From Lobosporangium transversale (lineage: Eukaryota): a DNA stretch of 64,000 nucleotides. Of the stretch, positions 39,510 to 54,351 are shown piece by piece (within the stretch, counting starts at the first letter, position 1; every line of letters begins with the position of its first letter). The notes below the pieces were generated by a model. It ran no database searches, was not told the origin of the DNA, and was given only the letters and a program-made list of their open reading frames with translations. Location of the stretch: NCBI RefSeq assembly GCF_002105155.1, contig NW_019029015.1:310001-374000 (forward strand). The letters are read 5' to 3'. A program made the position numbers and the translations under genes.

Positions 39510-41222
39510 ATTTTTTATTTTATTTTTTTATGATGTTTTATACCTCCCCTTCTATTCAAAAAGAAATGTAGATAGCCCATTTTAATCTTTTTGTTGTTGT
39601 TAATAGCACAGCACAGCCCAAGCATTCTTTTTTTTTTTTAAAAAAAAATAAAAATAAAAAGCATTTTCATGGTGGGGCTTTAAGCCTTGATTCTAAATAT
39701 TAATACATTCGCATCAAACATGTCAGTTTATCTCAATGGACAGTGAGAGTGAGAGAGAATGGAGAGAGTCCTCCCAGACGAGATATTGATGATATGTTGA
39801 TATGTTGATATGTATAAATATAACATAATGCGGTGACGCCATGGTCCCATTATCTCGGGAAGGAGCATTTGAGAAAAATAAAAATAAAAAAAATAGTGAA
39901 ATGTAAGACCGACGTTGAGAGGAACAATGTTCGTAAGGCAGATTGATCGTCATTGCATTTTTAGCATTTTTTAGCATTTTTTGGCATTTTTTTTTCTTGG
40001 GTATCTTTTAAAGTCATTCCAAAATCCTAAAATCAAGGGCGTCCATCAAAAAAGCGTTTCAAATAACCAGTTGGTTTCATCCAATGAGATGGGATATGAT
40101 GACAATACGGGTTCAGACGCGGGTAGCTTATCAGATGAAATGTGAAAGGATCCCCCCCTTAGTTGGTCTGTGCCAAGGCTCTGTTGTGTTGGGTTTTTTC
40201 TAAATTGTTCAGAGCATTGAGGTAAAATGATCCTGCACGTTGCAGACAGTCAAATCGAAGAGTTTTTTTAGAACAACATTGCATCGTAGTGCATCATCTT
40301 TTTTTATCTTTTTTTCATCATTGGCCAAGTCGTTCCAGTAGCTACGTTTTTTTTTTTTTTTTTTTTTTTTTTTTCCCTAATGGCTATAGGTTAGACGCGA
40401 TATTGTTATAAAGTTGATATGTTCATTACGCTAGAATTATAGTTTCTTGTTCCTTGTTCCTATCCGTGTGCGAATGCGAGCAGATGTAGATACCATCCCA
40501 CTTTTTGTGTAATGGTCAGCACTTGATTTTGATCCAGATCCAGCTATTGGATCAACATGGAACATGTCAGCACGAGTGGGATGAGAACAGGCAGTTGGCT
40601 TTTTTTTTTTTTGTAGCCCCTTTTTTTTTTTTATAAAAAGGGTGCGCCCAAGTTCCTGAAGAGTAGAGAGAGAGAAGTGAAGAGAGAGAGAGGGGGACTA
40701 ACAAGCCTCAGATGATACAAGCGACCATGCAACAAGTGTGTCATCTGCTTTTCTGTGCTTCGCTTCTATTTTCCAACATCCCGAAATTAACATCCATCCA
40801 ACACAATCCATTGACGGCACACTTTTCCTCTTCCTTTTACTCCCTCCTCCCTCCCCTTCGCTCATTCACTCACTATTCATCTCTCTCCTTCCTTTCCTTT
40901 CCTTCCTTTTCTTTCTAAACGCAGAAATATATTGTACAAATCTATATTTTCTTTTTCTGTACCTTCCTTCCTTCCTTCTAAAGATTTTTTTTTTTTTTTT
41001 TTTTTTTGACGCTCATCTTTCTATATCGTAATCAGAGTGTTCACTTCTCCTTGTTCTACTGTTCATCTCTCTCTCTTTCTCTCCCTCACACACATAATCT
41101 CACACTCTCTTGGTTCTCCCGCCTACCTTTCCCACACGCACACACTTGTCTCCTTGAAGAGCCTGGATTGACTTCAGCCTCGCTTCTTAATCACAGCACT
41201 TTACATCCCATTCCCCTCTATT

Positions 41223-43046
41223 ATGAGAAACTCACAATCATCATCAAGGAAACGAACTCTAGCACTTATCTTTCTCTTTGCATCACAAACTGTTAATGCA
41301 GCAGTGATCCCACCCGCACGATGGGGACATGTCTCCGTATGTCTATAAGCAAATATATATATATATATATCTTGCACGTTTTTTTTTTTCTTTTATGGAT
41401 GTCTAAACCTTACCTTTTCGACCATGCTCTCTCACACAACTTTCTTGCTTTTTTTTCTTTATTTTATCTACCAATTATCCTTTACATATACTACTGCTTT
41501 ATTCTTTATTTTGTGTTTTTTTTTTTTTTTTTTTGACAGATCTTGTGTGGTAACCAGCTATTTGTACATGGAGGACATACAGGAGTCAATCCTCTTACCG
41601 CACCCATTGGGTCCGACATCTATTCCCTTGATATCTCTAAAGCCTTCAACTCTTTCTCAGTACCATGGGTCCAACTCACGCCCGGACCCTACGCATCCTT
41701 TCATTCCATGGGCTTGACAGGTCCGGAGAATAGCCTTTTGGCCATCTATGGAGGGAACACATCGTTTTCTTCAGAGACCACAGCAAACTCACTTAATTTG
41801 TACAATACAGTCTCGGGGACCTGGATGTCCTCACCACTAAAAGATCCTCCGAGAAGGGAGCAGCAGGCTGCAGCATCTCGGTTGAGTGATGGAACTATTT
41901 TTGTATTCGGAGGGATGATTTTCTCTCCTTCTTCTTCTTCTTCTTCTTCTTCTTCGCCAGAAGGGTCAGCCACATCAGAATTGTGGTCATTGGGTGGATA
42001 TATTGAAACTGGTCATGGAAGCACACCGTCCAATTCGTCCAGTGGTACTATAACACCAACAGCAACAGCGACAGCGGAAATAACGACGACTGCAGCTGCA
42101 CAGCCAATACCTACAGGGATTACTGCAGGAGCTGCAGGGTGGCAGAAATTGGTCAGCCCACAGGTGGGCTCAACTATATCAACAACAGATCGATCTTTTC
42201 ATACAGCAACGTTGATTCGGTCGAATGGGTTGTTGGTCATTATTGGTGGCGTCTCTGGAGGATCCTTAGTGTCAATGTCCGATATTTTGGTGTATGACAC
42301 AAAAGCGGGGACATGGTCTGTTCAGACAGCCACAGGGGCGACTCCGCCTCTTCGAAGGAATCATGTTGCTGCAGCTAGTAAGTCCCAAAAAAAAAAAAAA
42401 AAAAAAAAATTCACTAGAATGATAGAAATCGATAGAATCGATATGATAACATGTATAAATAGTTACTAACATTTCAATTCATTTGCATGTATAATTTTGC
42501 ACACATGTTGCGTCATATTTTTTATTTTATCATTCACCAACATCTAATTTTTGAACTTTCAGCCAGTAACGGTCAGATTTACATCCACGGAGGGACAGAC
42601 TTGGGTGCCACGACCTACTTTTCTGACGTAGCTATCTTGGGTAAACAAAACAAAACAAAACAAACAAAACAAAAAAGAAAAAACAACTGTACCAAACAAA
42701 ACAAAACAAATGCAAGACAAAGACAAAGACAAAGGGACAAAAGGAACAAAAAAAAAAAAAAAAGTTTACTTGCAATGTTCTCACCGATGACACTATTTTC
42801 TTCTTTTTTTCCCATTGCTTCGTGTGCCTAATATTTTTTTCTTATTAAGATACCACGTCATGGTCATGGAATCAACCAGCGATTGAAGGCACAGCCCCCA
42901 CTGGACGATATTCTCATTCTGCTGTCATGGTCGGTAACAACATGATCGTGTCCTTTGGTAAGCAAAACGATTCATGCTAAATAAAGATATTTTTTACATC
43001 CTAACCTAATCACCTAGTAAGCTTATTGCTTACATCCTAACAAACT

Positions 43047-43078
<32 letters not shown>

Positions 43079-44105
43079 CCCAGGTCTGACCGCAGGAGGA
43101 GCAACAAATAATATCTACGTCCTAGACACGAGCACAAACACATGGCAATCATCCTACACTCCCAGTAACCTTGCTGCGACTTCTACCAAACCACAGGATT
43201 GGCCCGGATATAAACCACCACCTGTTCCACCAATCATCACACCCGGTAAAAACGGGACTGACCAACCATCCACACCTCCAGAATCAGGAAAAAACAATGT
43301 TTTAAGCATTGGATCCATTGTTGGTGGTGTGATCGGAGTAATTGCACTCTCTGCAATCCTGTTTGTCGTCCTGCGACGCAACCGACGACGTCAACTCTTG
43401 GACAATCAGGCCAAAATCGCAAGCTTCTATGAATCTGGTTATGCAAACCAACGGGGCTATCAATTGCAGGAGACATATTATCAACCTACGGGCATGGCAT
43501 TTGAAGAGTCCGCACCATCCTTTGGGAAACGAATGTATTGGCTATGGAACGGTCTGGGAGCTGCTGCATTCTGGCGTAAGAAAAACGAAAGGCTCGCTAT
43601 CAACCGAACACTCCCTCACAAGCTCGAAAACCGAGAGGATGATCGCGAGAGCATGCGGAGCCTTCAAGTTGGACCGATAACCGATCAAGACATCTTTTTG
43701 GATGCAGTGCATCGAGCACGATCGAGGATCGATAGGCTCTCACCAGTGTTCACACCTTTACAGCAACCGATCCGGATGACATCACCCACATCCGACTCTG
43801 AATCACCTGGACCGGTCTCGACAGGGATCGGTAGTCCCCTCCGACAGAGCTGTGCCTATACTGATTTCAGTGGGTATTCAACCGGGGATAGCCCTATATC
43901 GGCACTTCCTCATGGACGGACATACTCGGATGGATTCGAAAACTCGATGCTGGAAATGGATGTACAGATGGTGGCAGTGCCTAGAGGACGGCTGTATGTT
44001 GTTAATCCATCGGATGAGGTTGTTCACGGTAGTGGTGGTGGGGAGCAGGATTCCTACCAGATCAGCCCACCAGATCAGTATGAAAACAACAGACCAACTC
44101 CATAA
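41223..44105 (+). CDS. Signal-peptide, Kelch-repeat, single-pass membrane protein
   Basis: Exons approx 41223-41336, 41540-42376, 42563-42639, 42850-42957, 43084-44105. Hydrophobic leader, Kelch motifs (RWGH..LFVHGG, IFVFGG, RSFHTA..IIGG, IYIHGG, GRYSHSAV), TM IGSIVGGVIGVIALSAILFVVL then RRNRRR. Confidence 0.88.
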
Positions 44106-44668
44106 AGGAATAATAACGGGGATGGGTTGATTAAAATGTAAATAGTATATATATAAATGTATAAATGTATAAATGAACATTTACATAAAAAAAAACTAAA
44201 TACCAACGCGTTTATTCCCAAATCACGCGTCTCATTTTGCAGATTGCAGCAAGCACACAAAAAGGGGATTGGTAAGCAAGTTACAGGTTATCATACAAGG
44301 TTGCAGTAAAGAGTGCACAGACAAAGAAAGGGGAAGAAAAGAAAAGGCTTTAAGGGGCAGCCATGTCAGTAATGTGTTATTTTTTTTTTTTATTTTTTAA
44401 AACAGCCATGAAGTAACTAGGACTTGACTCTCTGCCCTTTGTTGTTCGACACACCAGTTGGTCGATGCCCATTTAAAGACTCTCATTGTCCTTTTCTTCC
44501 TATTTTATTTCCATTCTTTATTTCCTTGGCTCGTCCTTCGCTATTCATTCTTCTTTTTCTTTTTCTTTTTCTTTTTCTTCTTCTTCTTCTTCTTCTTCTT
44601 CTTCTGTAAAGCACAGCTTTAACCTTACGACATTTTTTCTTAAAAAAAAAAAAGGGAAAATAAAAAGG

Positions 44669-44699
<31 letters not shown>

Positions 44700-44751
44700 G
44701 AGAGAGTCATTGCCTCGCATTCTGCATAACTCTCGGACAGTCACGATGGAC

Positions 44752-47700
44752 ATGAGCCAGGCTCGACTAAAGCAGCGACAAGGACTCGAGCCCAACCAGG
44801 TGAGCGAATGAATGAATGACGATGAAACTGAAGAAAAGGAAAAAATGAGAAAAGTCTCGAGAACTTTATGCTTTATTCAGCTGTAGGAGTTTTTTTTTTT
44901 TTTATAAAAAAAAAAAAAAAAAAAAAAAAAGCGTTGTGGTTACATAAAAGAAAAAAAGCTCGTTAATGGAGGATTAAATCTTGAATGAAGAAATGAAGAC
45001 ATTGGCTTTTTTTTTTTTTTTTTTTTTTTTTTTTCTTTTTGCTTAAACAACAATGACCATAAGCATGTGAACAAAGGCAAGCAGCAGGACAAATCTATGC
45101 AGTTTCGGATAATCACAAGGAAACACCAAAAGAAAAAAAAAAAAAAAAAAAGCTTCAACAGAAGAAAAAGGATCCAGTATTTGCAACATTTACAGGCTCG
45201 CAATACAATTACAGGCTGTAGAATGCGTTCAATTGATAGCCTTACGACCATCATTTATCCCCTATTGCCTGGACTTGAGATATAATCAGTGCTGCTGAAG
45301 GTTTAGACTTCATAATCAACATCAGCCCCCATACGCTCCAGCTTTATTGGTCCTCATGGTAGGACAGAGGAGATATAGAGTTCAGGGTTGGACACGCTGT
45401 GAATGGAGGACAGGAGGACAGGAGGACAGGACGATAGGACGATAGGACGACAGGAGGGTGGGAAAAGAAACGCATTGTCATGGGATAGAAGCGAAACAGC
45501 TGAATGGCAAGAGCGTGATCTCACATAATAACCCTTCTTCATCTCCCATCTTAGCGTCGAATTCGCCATATCCATTGTATCCAGGCCAGAAACCTCACAT
45601 TCACAAGGAATGCGAATCAGAAGACACTTGCCTCCGTGTTATGTCATTCTTCAGGTTCACAATACCAGTATGGTCTTTGTTCATGTCAGCTATTCAACTT
45701 TAAGCAGTATCGCAAGCAATAGTAATAACAATCATGTCTGTTTCAGCAGCGCATACCAACATACACTTTGTCATTATTAAACCCATACTAGATCAATTAC
45801 ATCTTCACTGGAGCCGCCATCCACCACGTCATCCCCGACAAAGAGCTATTTTAGACCTCCATGGAGAAGCTATCATCAGGGTATTCAAAAGGTCCGAGGA
45901 CCAGGGTCAGATGCAGGATCAACCTCTGCTTCAGATTCAGGCAGGGCTTCATCCGTGATCAAAGAGCCAATCGCTCGCCTTTCCGCAGGAATCAAGGCTA
46001 CCATGTTCAGTACTGGATACTCACATGAATCAGGATATACATTCGAGGCAGGGTCAACGCCAGGAGCCTCTTCATCAAAAACAAAAACAAGGTACAGGGC
46101 GTCTACAGATCTTTCGATTTCAAAATCCTTCTCGAATGATGGGCAGTACCGTTTTCAGCAACACTTGCGGCAAATACAACAAGGGGAGGATCCATCCTCC
46201 TTAAGGCGGGTCTCAACAGAGTGGACAGCTATTACAAATTCACCTTCTTCATTCACACCGTCAAAAGAACAGCACCTTTTCCACAGCAAAGACGCTCTTA
46301 CACGTAATAACAAAGATTTCCAGAATCAGAGCGCTAGTCTTTCGCCTATAGGGAGTCAGTCAGTGCAACCCAATGCTGGTGCAGAGGAGAGCACTTGGCT
46401 GCCGCCTTTTGTAACGAAATTGAGCGAGAAACGTCGGCCCATTCTATTGGATACCTATTTCACGCTTCACAATATCACTAATGGTATATATCTTTAATCA
46501 CAGCCGAATATCTGATCAAAAGGATTACAGGAGGAAAAAAAGATAATGAAGACTGATCTGGAAATAATGTATCTTTTTTTTTTTTTTTTTTTTTTTTTTT
46601 CTTTTTTCGCTGAATTATTATAAATCTCCTCTAGACGCCATCATCTATACCAGTGAAACTGTCATGGGCTCCAACGTAAGGATTATTTGGCTTGTTATTT
46701 ACAGGTTACTTTTTACCACCAAAGTTTTGATCCAAAGGATTTTAAAATATCAGATGGTATTTTTCTTTGATGTTGTTGTTCTAGAATCCTAAATACAGCC
46801 CTCTCGAGGAACATCAGTTTACTGATCCAGCAAAACGGCGCTCCAATAACGTCACAATCCGGATATGGGCTGGTCATTGTGGATCGGATTTTTATCCTTT
46901 ATTGGAGTGGCGGGTTGATCTTTGCTGTCTGCGCTTTATCGGGAAGGAACTACGCGACTTACCAACAAGTTTACCAAACAACACAATCCTATTTGGGTTT
47001 CATGATGGGTTCTATACTGCGCCGGATGAGGGTGACACAGTGGAACATGCTTTTCATGCCTCAGTCACGGCTGAACCAACGATTGTAATACTAGGATCAG
47101 GATCTGGTGGATTAGTTCAATCCTACTCGTATGATTCTGTGATGAGACTGAACAACCTGCATGAGTGTATCGCAGACACAAAGCGATCTAGAGATGAAGT
47201 CAAACATAATATCGAGCTAGCTTTAAACAAAGAGGATGCACCGATGACCATGGTAAGTCTTTGACTCTGGAATAGGAAAATGAAAATATTTTTTGATGGT
47301 GCTGACAAAGGTAATTAAAAATGTATGTCTCTTTATTAACTTTTATTTATTTATTCATAGCTAAAGCGCCGCAGCGAATATACGGAACGATTATGGCATT
47401 TGCAACGACAGGTGGGGCATGAGCTCAACGTTCTGGAACAAGGTATGTCAGAAAAAAAGTCATGCCAATCAGACAAAAAAAAAAAAAAAAAAAAAAAAAG
47501 GATCCTCTCATTTGTCTGTATACTCATCATTCATCCTTATATGGTTACTTACCCTGATGTGCTTAGCTCAGGACCGAGCAGCAGCTCTCAAAAAGGAACA
47601 TTCCGAGCGACGGAAGGCACTTGAAGAATCCAGAGAACGTGGCCAAACACAGGAAATGTATCTGGAAGAGAATCTTGTCAATCTCGTAAACAGCAAGGAG

Positions 47701-48178
47701 AGTCTCTATCATACACTTAAAGAATACTCCACTAAACGGACAGAACTCATCGCCACATTATTTACGATATTTCCAATCACTGAGGCAAGTTATTCGGACA
47801 CCATCCCCTTACTCGCCTCTGATCGACTTTTATTATTATTATTATTATTATTTTTTACCTTTATTTATAATGCTCCACCTATTAATATCTAACCATTTTG
47901 TTTTTTTTGCATACATTACAGTCAGAGACGAACCCCGGCCTTCTCAAAATTTGCAATGTGCCTTTACCCAACTCTGTATACACCGGTCAGGATGAGGACT
48001 TGATTTCAATAGGATTGGGATACACGTCTCATCTAGTCACTATGTTGGCCCACTACCTCTGTGTACCCCTGCGATACCCAATTACACCTATGGGATCAAG
48101 AGCATCAATATTCGACCCTGTTTCTCTTTTGATTGGACCTAAAGAGTATGTTAATAGAATATTGTCTGGGCTTGGCAA

Positions 48179-48209
<31 letters not shown>

Positions 48210-48522
48210 ACAGAAAGATAGGCTATTATATTAACGGTATACGGGTTTTACGCCGTTCTTCATTAGATTTCCTCTATATGGGAAAGGACAGGAAAGGAAT
48301 CGATTCGAATATGGCGTGTTTCTTTTAAACAAGAATATTGAGCAGTTGATGAATTCACAAGGACTACAGTTCATGGACCTTCGGCAGACCCTCCCTAATC
48401 TAAGATACCTTATGGAGATCCTACTTACTTCATCCCCTAGGTACAACCAATCGTTTCGCTATAACTTTTATGCTGTACATTTATCGTGTACTAGTTTTTC
48501 ATTTTTCATTTTTCATTTTTCA

Positions 48523-48556
<34 letters not shown>

Positions 48557-49924
48557 TTTTCTTTCCATGGATTTGCAATTGCTAGCCAGTCTACGCTATA
48601 CAGATCCAAATATATTAATCGAAGGAAACAGGATCGCTCGGAGCAAAGCAGGCAGACAGATTTTATTGTGCTCCCGGTGGAACAACATGGCTACCAGTAT
48701 ACTAGTAGCTCTAATGTCCTACAGGATGGTTCAGTCAATAATGAAGATAACCAGCAAGGAGAAGGGTTGAGGCCGAGAGCACATACGCACGAACGTAATC
48801 CATCATTATCCAAACCTAACAGTACTAGCGATCGATCATCGTTAATACGGGAGTACGACCCCATCGAAGGCGACTACATGCTCGTTCTAGATAATGCCGC
48901 AACCAAATCCTCTCGTCGTAACCGAAAAGGAACCAATGGTAGCGAGATATCATCATCACACTCCATATCCACTGCAGAACATACTGATGTATTAAAACTA
49001 GACTGTTCATTAATGGCGCCAAAAGAAGGACATCACAGGATATCGGCGGGTATAAGCAGTACCATTCATCATCATCACCAGTTGCATCAGGACTACGCAT
49101 TAAGTACTAGCTTCAGTGGAACTGAAGATGATAACGAGAGCACGGATGATCCAGCGTTCAGGGATTGGGCAAGCGAAGCACCACACATTTCTGTAGAGAA
49201 GACAGAGGAGGATGAACATAGTAATCCTGTCTTGACAACTCACCAAGATTTCAAAATGATCAATACGAATGAGCTATTCAGGACAGCCAAACCTGTGATT
49301 ATTATGGACAACCCTGATATTGACTACTCTATCAGTGGTAAAAGTAGTCCTGCAACCATGAGTGAAAGTGAACATGAAAGCGATCATTCCCGACATGGTT
49401 TTGCGAAACAACAACAAGGAACACACAGCGGAGTCCTTGATACCACAGCACCACCACAGCCCATAGGATCAAACCCGACTAGTATACGGGATAGTGTCGA
49501 TGAAATGAACAGGGACTCCACAACGAATTATCAAGACGTATCGCAATCATCGCCATCACAGTTACCATCAATAGCTGATGCTACTGTGCCTTCAAAAGAT
49601 CGGAAACAATTTATAGCTTTCGGACGGAAGACCAGTGAGACGATGATCTCGGAAACATTAAAAGAGACGCAGATACCGAAATTTAGACGGTCCAAGGTCA
49701 ATACGCCTCCGAGTACGATGGCGTATCAGAGTACTGGACGTTCTAATGTGAAGCATGAGAACGGTGGCAATGAAGAGGATAGCAGCATAGGTCATAATCG
49801 AAGCGATGAGGGCGATTGCGATCAGACGGACATTAAAGAGATGATGCATTCACACCGACCATCATCACCACCCGTTAACTCTGCGAGAACTATTACCTCT
49901 GGGATATTTGAGGCGAGTGGATAG
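44752..49924 (+). CDS. UVRAG/Vps38 (PI3K complex II subunit) with long disordered C-terminus
   Basis: Firm exons approx 45791-46483, 46635-46675, 46785-47252, 47361-47442, 47572-47785, 47922-48145, 48267-48440, 48585-49924. [29 protein letters not shown], coiled coil, [44 protein letters not shown]. The 5' exons (44752-44799 and a [13 protein letters not shown] segment near 45165) are uncertain. Confidence 0.85.
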
Positions 49925-49972
49925 AAAGAAAGAAAGAAAGAAAGAAGAGAAAAAAGAAAATGGTCTATCATC

Positions 49973-50007
<35 letters not shown>

Positions 50008-50126
50008 TATATATATATATTGGTCTAATATGGACGCAGACCTATTGTAAAACAAGAACAATAAATGCTGTATATGCTGTATCATACAAATCCTACATGG
50101 TTTAATTTTATTTGCCTTTTTTTATA

Positions 50127-51755
50127 TTACTGTTGCAGTCTTCGGATGTCGTCTTGAACAAGGCGAATACGATCCATGATCTCGGTGTATGCATTTACAA
50201 TCATATTGAATTCATCCCCTGCGCTTTGATATCTCTGAAGCAATATGGAATTTTGTTGAATTTGTTGTTCAAGTGATTGTTGTTTCCGATCAAGAATCTC
50301 ACTGTTTGTCATTATTATTATTATTAAAAAAAAAAAAAAAAAAAAAAAAAATCAGGATATTTGTGAATGAGAATTTTTTTTCTTTAATTTAATTTTCTTT
50401 TCCCTGACTTACCGGACTTGGATCGCTTGGGTTACTGTATCTTTGTTATAAGTATGTTCTAGTGCAGACACTTTCAAGATTCTAGATATTTGAATAAACA
50501 AATAAAAAAACAACAAAGCAAATTAAATAAAAAAAGCTTGATTCAAAGTACGTGCTAAAATATCAATATACACACACATATATATATATATACATTTATA
50601 CATTTTGTTCGTATCATGTTGGACATACTTCAATTTTAAAGTGACAGAGTCAATCATCTGTGAGAAATAATCCTTAAAGACTTTTTGCTCCTGCTCTAAA
50701 TGATATTGGACCAAGTACTCGGTAATGATGTCCCAAAGGAGAACAATTGAGGAATGAAGCGTGTTGAAGAGTTCCTGAGCTTTGTTCTGGATCTCCTGAT
50801 CTAAGGCAATACAGTCTTCTTTGGCCTTGTTTAAATGAAGGAGCTGCTGACGAGTGTTTGAGATCAAATCAGAAAGCGATAATTGGGATTGAGATTGAGA
50901 TTGAGATTGAGATTGAGATTGAGACCCAGACGTCACTTTCGTAGATAATAGTGGTGACAACGATACATCCGTCAAGCCAGCGGGGGGAAAAGCCATAGGG
51001 GTGTTGTTACAATGGAGGGTGAGGACATCCTGACAGCGTTGTTGGATCGTTTGTTCAATGGTCTCGATCATGGGTTGAGAAAAGCCTTCAAGAGCTGTGA
51101 GATGGGGCTGTAGTAACTTGAATGTGAAGCCATCCAAATCCAGTTCGGAATCCAACCCCTGATTTAGATCATAGTTCATGTCCATGGACATATCTACATC
51201 CATATCCATCATATCTGTGCTGTATCCCTTTTGTACTCGAAGTTCTCTTTGAACTAATAGGTCCAATAAGGATGAAGAGAATGTTCCGGTAGCATCATTT
51301 TCGGATGGTGTCACGATATCAGTAGAGTCTCCAGAAAGCTGATCGCTGTTGGGTAATGGGATAGAGTTTGATCGAAGGCTGAGGTTAAAGCTATTGTTGA
51401 GGCTGGTGCTGGCGCTGCCTTTTGTTCTGTCTTCCTCTTTCCCTTGCTCTTTCTTGTTTTTGTTCCTGTTTGGAAGCTGAAGCCGCCGTACTTCTAGGAT
51501 ACTGATGATACGATCGACATGAGTGGCGATTTCTCTTTGAAGATCAGCAGCTTGAGGGGAAAGAGGTGGATCCTGACAGCTTTGATTATCCAGAGGTAAG
51601 AATCGGAGTCGTTCAAGAGGCTCATAGAGAGTTTTTGTCTCCAAGTAGGATTTCTTATGTTGAAGGTTGTAAGATGCCTTTAAACCAATTATTAATCGCG
51701 TCAAGCTGTGTCGTTTTCTCAAGTTTGGTCAAGAAGAGAGGAAAAGATATCAAGA

Positions 51756-51786
<31 letters not shown>

Positions 51787-51918
51787 GTTTAACGCTACCT
51801 CGTGTAGCTTTTGAGCATATTCACGACTAAGTCCAGAAGCAGTCAAGAAGCGAGAATTGATGTCGGAGATCAAGTCAGCAAGGTCTGAATCGGGTAGAGT
51901 TGTCTTTGAGGATTGCAT
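50127..51918 (-). CDS. Augmin subunit HAUS4-like coiled-coil protein
   Basis: Exons approx 51918-51798, 51677-50628, 50482-50412, 50302-50127. The N-terminal LTASGLSREY..KKSYLETKTLY and C-terminal LKLKILKV..TY..YQSAGDEFNMIVNAY patterns match the HAUS4 layout. Confidence 0.7.
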
Positions 51919-52495
51919 GATGAATGGGACATTGCTTTTGAAAGTGGAACAGACAATGAGAAGAGCTGGCAAAATGTTTTCAACAGAATGACTTTCTTGT
52001 TGTCTGTTCTCTTTCCCCCGCCACACTCCCTTCCAAAAAGATTGATAGAAATGTGAACACGCAGCAGACGCGTTTTCTTTTTTTAATAAGGAAAAAAAGA
52101 CGCAGTCCCAAAACCACTGTCCAGAGTGCGATGCCATTCTCTTACGCATGTCCCTCCCTCTTTCTCTCATTTACCTTTCTCGCGACTACCCCTCCTCCAT
52201 CCTAGCTTGAGAAAACATTCCTCTCGATTCAATCTTATTCAAAAGGTATAAGAAATAAGCCCTCCAGCCTCATTTTTGAACTGATCCCAATCTGAAAAAA
52301 AGAGCCATGCAATGACGCGTGCCACTTCTAGTCTTTAAAGTTTCTGTAGCAGAAGCATGCTGCGCCAGACCTTGGACCTACTTATTCACTGCCTTGCGTG
52401 TATACTTTTTTTCTTCTTATTTCTAACAAACATTCTGTAGAATACATTCTTGAACACGACCACCGCCTCATTTCAACTAATACCCAACCCATACC

Positions 52496-54351
52496 ATGAG
52501 TGACGATGATGATTTCATTATGGAGGAGGAAGAAGATGAGGATTATGACTTTGATTACGAGGACGAAGACGGTGACGAACCGGATGTGGACCTAGAAAAT
52601 AAATACTACAATGCCAAAGGACATAAAGAGGACGAACCAGAGACAGCTCTCATCGAATTCCAGGGTGTTGTTGATGCAGAAACTGAGAAGGGCGATTGGT
52701 AAGGCCACGAATGATACAGTGCGAATATTTGACATTGCATTTTTTCCCCTCCCTATTGGAGCCATGAATATATCTGGGCTAACAAGTTGTATTGAATAAT
52801 ATCTCAAATCTAAAAAACAAAACAAACAAAAAAAAAAAAAAAAAAAAAAAAAAAACAAATGAAGGGGATTCAAAGCTTTGAAACAGATGGTCAAGTTGTC
52901 CTTCAAGATGGGAAATTATGACAAGGCAAGTGAGCTCATGGCTGTGCTTTTATTTTATTTTATTTTCCCTCTTTTTCCCATAATCATTTCATTATTTATG
53001 AATGTATGTGTGCTTATTCTGCTTTTTTTTTTTTTTTTTTTTTTTTGTCCATACTTTCACAATATAGACGCTTGAGTACTATCAACAATTATTGCCATAC
53101 ACAAAGTCTGCGGTCACAAGGAACTATAGTGAAAAGAGCATCAACAACATTCTGGACTGTATTTCTTCCTCTTCTGACATGGCGTTTATGGAGAAGTTCT
53201 ACCAAACAACATTGAATGCTTTGAAAGAGTCAAATAACGAAGTAAGGAGAAAGGAGAGGGAAAAAAAAAAAAACTGTGAATACGGTTCGTTTGCTTGATC
53301 TATATCCATGTAAGCCAAATGTTGACAGTTATCCATTTTGCTAATTAGCGGCTGCTGGTCAAGACAAACCTAAAGTTGGCAAAGCTGTGGCTAGACAGAA
53401 AGGAATACGGTCGCTTGTCAAAGATTCTGCGCCAGTTGCACGCATCTTGCCAGGCAGATGACGGCACAGATGATCAGCGCAAGGGCACACATCTGCTCGA
53501 GATCTTTGCGCTCGAGATTCAAATGTACACAGCCACAAAGAACAGCAAAAAGCTGAAAGCGCTGTACCAACAATGTCTCTCTGTCAAGTCTGCAATCCCC
53601 CACCCTCGCATCATGGGCGTCATCCGTGAGTGTGGAGGCAAGATGCACATGAGTGAAAAGGAATGGGATCAAGCCCAGACAGACTTTTTCGAATCATTCC
53701 GCAACTATGATGAGGCTGGTAGCTTTCAGCGCATCCAGGTATTGAAATACCTTGTACTGGCCAACATGCTGATGGAATCACCAATCAACCCGTTCGATTC
53801 ACAGGAGACTGGGCCCTACAAGAACGATCCTCAGATCGTGGCTATGACAAACCTAGTGAGCGCATATCAACGGAGGGACATTCGAGAGTTTGAGAAGATT
53901 CTAAGGGATAACCGTGCGACCATCATGGACGATCCATTTATCCGTTCTTATATTGATGATGTGCTCAAGAACATTCGGACACAGGTCTTGATCAGGTTGA
54001 TCAAGCCCTATACTAGGATCGAGATCTCCTTCATCTCTCGCCAACTCAATATTCCTGCACAGGATGTTGAGGATCTGTTGGTTGGTTTGATTTTGGACAA
54101 GAAGATTGCAGGACATATCGACCAAGTGAATCAGCGGCTGGAGTTACAGAGACAGTAAGTTGTTGTTTTTTATTTTTAATTGTATAACTCTTTGAAGGTC
54201 TATAATTAATTCTTCAACATGAAATCGACGTTCATTATGATTCTTTCAACCCATAAATAGGACAACGGGTACACTGCGATACAATGCTATGGACAAGTGG
54301 TCTGCTAATCTAGTGACCATGTATACAGCCAACATTAATAAGGTCCGCTGA
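52496..54351 (+). CDS. CSN2: COP9 signalosome subunit 2
   Basis: Exons approx 52496-52698, 52865-52925, 53068-53240, 53349-54154, 54261-54351. [57 protein letters not shown] domain. Intron 2 is GC-AG. Probable 5'UTR intron ~52246-52440. Confidence 0.96.

Noticed and set aside
45405..45457. GGACAGGA/GGACGATA short tandem repeat
   Set aside because: Simple slippage repeat in a probable intron with no further structure.
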